Assembly (NCBI RefSeq): GCF_009914755.1
Contig: NC_060929.1
DNA from: the human T2T-CHM13v2.0 reference genome, Homo sapiens
Length of the DNA: 64,000 bases
Strand: one strand, 5' to 3'
The first letter of the stretch is position 1. Each line of letters starts with the position of its first letter. The notes under the pieces were generated by a model that saw nothing but the letters and a program-made list of their open reading frames with translations, searched no databases and had not been told where the DNA came from. Shown piece after piece: positions 55,841 to 64,000 of the stretch. A program made the translations under genes and the position numbers.

Positions 55841-57185
55841 ACACTCAAATACAAAATTCACATTCAAAATAAATCTCATTAAGAAATATCCTAGGAATAA
55901 ACCAGGTGACTATAAGGACATGATATCATGATCAGTTTCAGAAAAAGAGTATAGAAAAATGAATTCTGATTTTATATTCCCTCTTAGTTATTCAACAGTT
56001 TTGAACATTCTTACCAAAATATCTGCTTAATCAGATTCAAGGAGACATTGAATAATTATTTACTATTGAATTGGTTTTAATTGTCTGTAATACACATTGT
56101 ACTTTAATGTCATATTGTATGATATTGAAAGTTCAAAGAATAACCCAGATCAAACAGAATAGAATATGTTATTTATTATTTTTAAAAGTTGGTAGCCAAC
56201 TCGAAATGTACTCGACTCTCCTCTTCCATGCTTTCTTTTACAGTGTAGAAGGGAGAAGGAGAACAGCTGAACTTTAGAGGTCACAACAATGTTTCTGAAA
56301 TTGTACATGCTGCTTTCTTTTTACCTCATTTTGTCCTCTCTCCTCTCTAACTTTCAGCCTTGAGAACTAACATTGCCATTCTTCAGCGGTGACATGGAAG
56401 TCCAGGTGGAAAATGTTCAACACCTGTGTTCTGTTGCATAAATTTGCATCATGAAATATCATTATTTTTATCGTGAGACTTAGAATATGTTCCCTTCCCA
56501 AAAGCCACAGGGCATAGATTAATACAACTCTCTAATTAAAATATGCACAAGAGACAGGTGTACCTTTCAGCTGTTCAAGGAGCAGAGAAGTGTCTCCCTT
56601 ACTGTGCATTGTAATGAGATTGATTTGTCAGTAGTGGCCACATTCAGAGAAGGTCAGGCTCTTTGGGGTCATTTCATACCAAAGAAATGAAAGAAATACA
56701 GATTTTAATTTGGTGTGTGAAGTTTGCAAATGATGCAATGGAATCATATTGTCAGCACATATGGAAATGTTTTGAGAGAGCACCATTTTTAATTGTGATT
56801 TATTATTTGAAGTTCAAAGGACATTAGAAGGAGTTATTTTGGTAACTCGAATGTTGCTTCTCTTACTAGAGAGTCAGAGAGATTTCAATAAGGAAGGATG
56901 CTCAGTGTGGATATTTATAAGGTAAAGATGGAGGGGGCAGTGGAGCCCAGGTGAGGAGGGGCAAGTGGATGAAGAATTTCACCCACTCTTGCTTTATTGG
57001 CAGACAATCATTGAGACAGTCTTTTCTCCTAGTCTTTTCTCATTTCACAGTTCCTTCTGGAGAGACCCCAGAGTGGGAACTGCTTAACTACCATCCTTGT
57101 TTGTAGTAGACGAAACAGGATTTGAATAACTTACTGTGCCTATTACTATGTGTAGAAATTAATTGTTATTGTTTCATTTGTTGTC

Positions 57186-57342
57186 CAGTGTCTTTCAAAC
57201 GTTCATGTGAATATGACCACATCATATGTGAAAATCCACATGCTAATGCAGAAAGTCTGGGGTGGAGCCTGAAATTCTGCATCACTAACAAGCTCTTAGG
57301 TGATGCTGCTGATCTGAAGACCAGACTTTGAGTAGTAAGGCT
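57186..57342. mobile_element. MER5A1-like hAT MITE
   Basis: 'gtctggggtggagcctgaaattctgcatcactaacaagctcttaggtgatgctgctg..accagactttgagtag'. Confidence 0.7.
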
Positions 57343-58089
57343 GCAGATCACAAATTCTTAGACTGGTAGCTTTTCCTCAGGTGAATTATAACCTCCCCAA
57401 CCTCTCAAACCATATGTAATTTGTAGACATACATGTATGTACATGTGTAGGAGAAGTATCTATTGGCTTTCATCATATTCTCTAAGATGGTCCACTACCA
57501 AAAAAGGTCAAGAATTCCTATTATAGAAGGAACTTAGGAGAGGGAAGAATGAGCTATTGAACTGAAAAAACTGGTCATGCACAATTATTACTTATGCTTT
57601 ACTATGAGCAGACGTTAGTGATGTCTGGATAAGATAGAAAATGCAAGTAACTGAAGTTTGAAAGGGGAAAACACAGAAGCCTTCAGGTGGCTGTTAGAAA
57701 GTCTGAAGATGAAGCAGAAGTTTAGGAAAAAGCTGATCTTCCCTGATATTAAAAACACATGGCCACTAGTGAAACAGGGCTCAGGTGCTGGCTAAGCCAG
57801 GGTCCATATGTCTGGCTGCAGAGTAGACACATTCTATACTATCCTTAGGCTGCTCTCTGGAGATCCTTGTTGGCCATGTCCAGAGTGGGGCATTTGCCTT
57901 TTAAAGATCCATGGCTGATATTCCTGTCTAAGAATTTGTGATAAGGGTACAATTTGTTAGTTACCGTGTTGAGAACCATTCTTCTAGACCAGGGGTGTCC
58001 AGTCTTCTGGTACTCTACTCCATACACTGTTCCCTTTTTCTCTTGAATTTTTAACCTCTTTCTTCCTACTGGTTATTTTCTATAAATAC

Positions 58090-59010
58090 TTAAATATATT
58101 AATATTTAAGGTCCAAATATCATTTAAGAATCCTTCTTTGTGCCAAGGTCTTCTTCTGAGGTTGAAATGATCTCTTTCCTCCACAGTCAAGCCTCTGAGA
58201 AGGGCAGTCTACACTTAGCTTCTCTGTTTTACTCATGCTCTGTCACTCCTCACCACATCTTACTGGATATTGTCCCTATAACTTCATCGACATGACACAA
58301 TTCAAGGTTCCCATCGCCTTCTTGTGCTTAAATCCCAGGCCCCTGTAGAGCCCTCATCTTTCTTGATCCCTCAGTAGAGTTGGATGTGCCTAGTCAGTCT
58401 TTTCTTGAAACCCCTCCCTTGACATCTAGCCTATTACTACTGGCTTTCCTCCTACTTCTTGGGAGTGTCTCCATTACTCTGCTTGCTCAAAAGGCATTTT
58501 CTCTTGTCAATCTCAAGCATTTCTGCTGTTTCAATTACCACTGGTTGCTTTGTATCAGAGAAATCTATATCTTTATTGTGATCTCTCTTCTAAGCTCCTG
58601 AGCTGATAGCTTTTTATTGCTCATTTCTACTTAAATGTCCTGGTGACCTTTCATTATGAATCTGCCCTACATCAAAGTCATCTCAGCCTTCGTTCTCACC
58701 CTTTCCCCACATGAAACTACTTATTTTCCAATGTTCCTTGAGCGATCAAAACAAAAAGCTAGCATTTCTCCTTGATTTCTCTTACACTCTACAAGCAATA
58801 ACCAAATTCTATTGAATCAAGCTCCTATGTGTTCCTCTGGCAAACTGTATGACCATTGTCATGGCACACATCAGTCTGTGTGTATTTTCTGTGTAGTGGT
58901 ATTAATTTCACAGTTGACTTTAAATAAGCTCCATGTTGAACATTTCTGGTTCTTTATTGTCTACCTCAGTGCCTGGTATATAGTGAGCATCCAGGAACTA
59001 TGTTTTTATA
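58090..59010 (+). mobile_element. L2 fragments
   Basis: 'ctcatctttcttgatccctcagtagagttggatgt..cttttcttgaaac', 'cagtgcctggtatatagtgagcatc'. Confidence 0.55.
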
Positions 59011-59489
59011 ATCAGTTAATGCTTTTATGTTGTTTCTTATAAACTCTTGATATCACTGTCTCCAAAGAAAATCAGCAAAATAAAGATGAAGTTAGGAGAA
59101 TCTCCAAGGGCCTGGCTAGATATAAAATTACCAGTCAACATATGTTCCAGGAAGACTGTTTAGTCTTCCTTTTCATACTGTTATGAATTAGGCCTTGCTG
59201 CAAATAGGTTGCTCATTAAAGGTGTTGCTTACTTCATTGGATCGCTTCTTTTTGCAGATGCTGAGCCAACCTAACAGGCTCCCTGGGGAAAAGCAGACGG
59301 GGCTCACCTGAACGTTACAAGTTTGTGGTCAAATGACTAATTAGAGCATTTCTTCTTAGTACTTTTATGGAACTATAGTCAGTAACCCATTGGATGTAGT
59401 CATCTTTTCATTGATGTCATTGTGATAGTAGATGGATGATTTCTAACTGCCCTGTGGCAGGCTATTCTTAAGGAGGCTTGAGGTATAGT

Positions 59490-59970
59490 TGCTTCAAGAA
59501 ACAATTTAATACATGGAAAAGCACTGTGCTAGGCACTTTGGGGGATGGGAAGAGGGAAATGTTAAGTAATGGGAAGAGTATTTGAACTCAAGAAACCTAC
59601 AGCCTGACAGGGGAAGTGGGGAGTGTTAACATACATGCAGACATTATTATACAGCATGTGACAACTCATGAAATACACAGTGTTCTGGCCACTCGGGGTA
59701 GGGAAATTACACATAATGGCAGACTTGAGAAAGTTCCATAGCAAGTGAAATGTTTTGTGGTTTTTGAAGTGGGGCTGGATTTCCATGGACATCCACACTG
59801 TGGGGGAAGTGGCCATCACAGGCAGTGGTGACAAAGTTACAGGTATAGGAAAGTATGGATGGTGCCAGAAACCTGAAAATCGAATTGGAATTCAGATTAT
59901 TGTAGGGAAGGCATGAAAGATATAATGGACAGAAATGAGTGTCTTGCAGTGTAGCCTGAGGAGCCAGCTG
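59490..59970 (-). mobile_element. L2 fragment
   Basis: 'gcactgtgctaggcactttggggga..ctcaagaaacctacagcctgacagggga'. Confidence 0.5.
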
Positions 59971-60204
59971 TGGGAAATAAATCTCTTGGAAGCTCATATT
60001 TTATCTTAAAATGTCTACTCTATAATGTATCTTTCTTTATTTTAAAATAAAAATGATATTTTTTATTACCTATCGTGGACTAAAGTTGACACATATGCAT
60101 GCTGTGGTGCTGAGCTCCCCAAGGCACATAGCTGAGCGCACAGGGTAATATTTTTAATTTGAGAAATGTGATTTTTTATTTAATAAAATTATCTTTTATA
60201 CTTA

Positions 60205-60420
60205 TAATGTGCTACAAACCTCTGAATTTACAAATATATTAACTTTTTTGAATCTCAAAACAAACATTAGGTAGACACTACTGTTATCCCCATTTTAAAG
60301 AAAAGGAAACAGGCTCAGAGATGCTCAAGTGATTGCCCAAGATCACATGTGCAGAAGAGAGAGACCTGGGATTCAAATCTAGACAGTAGCACTCCAGGGA
60401 CTGTACTCTGACCCCTAACT
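60205..60420 (-). mobile_element. MIR SINE
   Basis: 'ttatccccattttaaagaaaaggaaacaggctcagagatgctcaagtgattgcccaagatcaca..gggattcaaatctagacag'. Confidence 0.8.
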
Positions 60421-61351
60421 AAAATGTCTCCATCAAATTATGGGGACCTTTAAAATATACTTCGGAAACCAAAATAAGCTGTATAGTTAGACTAGTGCAC
60501 ATTTAATGAGCTTAAAATTGTCACTGATATGCAAAAATATTTTCCTAATACTGTTTGTACATATTTGTGTGTGTATGTACACATGTGATATGTGCATATG
60601 CATGCATAAATTGAAGTTTTGCATGATTTGAATTTGTCAGTAATTATGATTTTCACTTCACATATGTAATAATAATTTTGAAGGTAAGTTTTGTCTGACC
60701 AGAATGGTTTGAGGCAAGCAATTGGCTACAAATGCAGGAAGTGTGCAATGTCATCTCTCACCAAAAGTGCAGAAGGGATGCTCTCTATACTCAAATTCAT
60801 GGCACGGAATGTTATCTGTTGAGGTTAATACCTTTTGTTATACACCTACTTGAGATGACCCATAGGTTACAGTCCTTAAAGGAGAGACAAAGTATGCTCC
60901 AATTCTGATTTTCATGGAGGAAATGTAGTGGGTGGAATGTGCTCTTTATAGTCCTGTCTTATTTTGGGCAAAAATTTTGAGAAGTTCAGAAATTCCAGCC
61001 CTCAGATTTCTTTAGATGTAAAGCCAGAAAAAGAAGCTGCTGACAGCGCATTAAAGTTCAGTACGATTTCTGACCAGGAAGGCGGACTTCAGATTTGAGA
61101 TTGTAAGCCCTCTGAAGCTCCATGTGACCCAACCAGGTTACTCTTCTTGAGGGGAGTTTGGAGAGTGAAGAACTGTAGCTCCTACATGCAGTTCAGAAAC
61201 AAGCAGGAAGTGTACACACGAAGAACTAACACCTTCAACATACTTTGTTTAAATATTATATCATGTGAATGGCACCAGACATGCCGTCATGTTCGCCTGT
61301 AAGTGCACTTGAATTTCTGATTCCGAAAATAAGTAGGCAGTGAACATAAAA

Positions 61352-61830
61352 TTCATTTAGTTATTCATTTATTCCTTCATTCCACTTGTATTTATTAAGC
61401 ACTACCTTGGCACAGGCGCTGTTCTAGGTGCTGAAGTGAGGGAGTGGGGAATAAGCAGACCTAATAAAACTTTGCCTCCAGGACAAGGAGAGGCAATACA
61501 TAAGCATAACTGTAGAATTAAAAGTAAATATATAAGGTGTTAATCTTTTGTGGTTAAAGATGTGAAGGAAATATCAAAGTTGAGATGATAAGGAGCAACG
61601 AATTGGCCGAGAGCTACTTAACAAGAGTAGACAGGAAAAGCTCTGCAGAAGTGAGATTAAAGTCAAGATTGACAGGATAAGAAGATGTGAAGGTGTGGAA
61701 AAAGAATCCCAAGCAGAGGACACAGCATGTATAGGGTTCTGAGATGGGAAGGTGCAGGGCTTCTTTGAATAGTAGAAAGGAGGCAGAGGGACATCCAAAG
61801 GGAAGAAGGTAAAAGAGGAGGCTGGCAGAG
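61352..61830 (-). mobile_element. L2 3' fragment
   Basis: 'ttcatttattccttcattcc..tatttattaagcactacc..aggcgctgttctaggtgctg'. Confidence 0.7.
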
Positions 61831-62388
61831 TGTTACGGAATTGATTCTCAGATTTTTTCTTACATATCCCTCTTGATGACTTTGAAAATGTCATTGATCC
61901 CATGGATTTTTGCTATTGTCTTTATATATGTGGAAATGACTTCCTTAAAAAGCCATGAGGAAAAAACCCTTGATCACTTTCTAATTAATTTTTACCTATA
62001 CTTAGATTGTAGCAGGACTTCACTTTTGCCTATATTGTAGAACTGTAACATCCATTTTCTCTCTTCTTTGAAAACTAAAATTTACTGCCTTTAAATAAGT
62101 GACAAAAATTATTAATGTTACCCCAGACAGTGTCACAAGTTTGAGAGGTGTGACAAGAACAATCCAATTTCTTTTAACTGATATGGAGGAAAAAATAAGG
62201 TGCAGTTCAATATTAATTATTACCATAAGAAGATAAAAGGCTTGACAAGTAAACCTTGGTATGATGATCATATCTCATAAGAGGATAAGCCCCAGGGATC
62301 ATCCATGCTCAGACTTGAGCTCCAGGGACATGGGAGATGTTCATCTTGGGACACAGACCTCAGCTGTGAGGGCACCAAAATAGCCCTC

Positions 62389-62753
62389 TGTATTAGTCTG
62401 TTCTCACATAGCTATTAAGATAAGAGATACCTGACACTGGGTGATTTTTGAAGGAAAGAGGTTTAATTGACTCGCAGTTCAGCATAGCTGGGGAGGCCTC
62501 ATAAAACTTACAGTCATGGCAGAAGGGGAAGCAAACATGTCCTGCACATGGCAGCAGGAAGGAGACGTGCATAGTGAAGGGGGGGAAAGTATTTTATAAA
62601 CGCATCAGATCTCGTGAGAACTCACTATCATGAGAACGGCATGGAGGGACTGCCCCCATGATCTAATAGCCCCTCCATGAGGTCGCTCCCCAACACATGG
62701 GGATTACAATTCAACATGATATTTGGGTTGGGACACAAAGCCAGACCATATCA
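62389..62753 (-). mobile_element. THE1 (C/D-like) solo LTR
   Basis: tgtattagtctgttctcac..gaggtttaattgactc..gccagaccatatca; flanking direct repeat gccctc at 62383-62388 and 62754-62759. Confidence 0.92.
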
Positions 62754-62924
62754 GCCCTCTTAATATAGAGTTCGTAAACCTAAGTGCCTTAGGTATACTT
62801 TAGATATTTTATAATCAAAATATTTGGTTTGATTGATAACGTTACATTTTAGAGTAGGTTGTGCTTCTCATAAACAAATGGTTTTGGTTCAGAACCATGG
62901 AGAGAGAAAAAGAGATTTAGAAAT

Positions 62925-64000
62925 TTGTTATTTATTTGTGGCAAGAACACTTAAACTCTTTCTGCAAATCTTTAATTGTAAAAGACAGTGTTGTTAATTA
63001 TAGGCACAATGTTGTATAGTAGATCTCTAGAACTTATTCATCTTGCTGAACTGAAACATTATACCCCTTGAAGGGCAACTTTCCATTTCTTCCTCCCCCT
63101 GCCAGCCCATGGCAATTGTCATTTTACTCTCTGTTTCCATGAGTTTGACTATTTTAGATACCTCACATAAGTGGAATCTTGCAGTATTTGTTCCTCTGTG
63201 ATGAGCTTACTGTACTTGGCATAATATCCTCTAGGTTAGTCCATGTTCGTTGGTTATAACGGAATTTCCTCTTTTTAAAGGTTAATATTCCATTGCATAT
63301 ATATGCTATATTTTCCTTATCCACTCATTTGTCAATAGATATTTAAGTTGTTTTCATAAACTGGCTATTATGAATAATGCTGCAGTGAACATGGGAGTGC
63401 AGATATCTCTTTTATATTGTAGTGTCTCATTTTTAAAGGATATATACCCATAAGTGGGATTGCTGGATCACATGGTGATTTTATTTTTAGTTTTTGGAGG
63501 AAGCTACATATCATTTCCCATAGTAGCTGTGGTCATTTTATATTCCCACCAACAGTCTACAAGAATTCCAATTTCCTCTATCCTCACCAACACTCATTGT
63601 ATTTTGTTTATTTACTTTTTGAAAGTAGCCATTATAACAATTGTGAGGTGATAATTGTGGTTCTGATTTGTATTTCCTTGATGATTAGTCATGTTGAGCA
63701 TCTTTTTATATACCTGTTGGCCATTTGTTTGTCGTCTTTGGAGAAATGTCTATTTAAATTTTTTGCCCATTTTTGAATAGGATTATTTGTTTTATTCTGT
63801 TGAGCTGTAGGAGATCCACATATATTAGATATTAATCACTTGTCAGATATATGGTTTGCAGTCTGCAGAATGCAGTCAATCTGATGTATGGTTCCCAATC
63901 TGCAGGTTGCTTTTATTCTGTTGATTGTTTCCTTTGCCGTGCAGAGCTTTTTGGTTTAATTCCACTTATCTAATTTTGTTTTGTTTGTGCTTTTGCTATC
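62925..64000 (-). mobile_element. L1MA (MA9/10-like) 3' region running off the window end
   Basis: 'caatgttgtatagtagatctctagaacttattcatcttg', 'agtgggattgctggatcacatgg', 'ctttggagaaatgtctatt'. Confidence 0.85.

Noticed and set aside
59240-59330. Possible exon after cttctttttgcag|atg
   Set aside because: Weak donor and no recognisable protein similarity.

Overview
This is AT-rich, CpG-depleted primate (very likely human) non-coding genomic DNA, intergenic or deep intronic. No host protein-coding exon, tRNA, rRNA or CRISPR array is supported. The window is dominated by interspersed repeats: a full-length dead L1PA7/8-like LINE-1 (2471-8978, 17-bp TSD); a younger L1PA2-like LINE-1 (16936-22324, perfect 19-bp TSD) with a ~634-bp internal ORF1 deletion and an intact antisense ORF0; a truncated L1PB-like element interrupted by a solo LTR12; six Alus; MaLR/ERVL LTRs; hAT MERs; HAL1/L1M/L2/MIR relics; micro- and minisatellites. 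I find no new gene system. The most unusual structures are (1) a 1.7-kb MSTA element made of two 3' halves in inverted orientation, flanked by a candidate 5-bp TSD, and (2) several local templated duplications and fold-back hairpins (13.2-16.0 kb, 24.1 kb, 26.1 kb, 42.2-43.1 kb) that repeat annotation does not explain. Subfamily names come from remembered consensus motifs, not from a RepeatMasker run, and the edges of old repeats are approximate.
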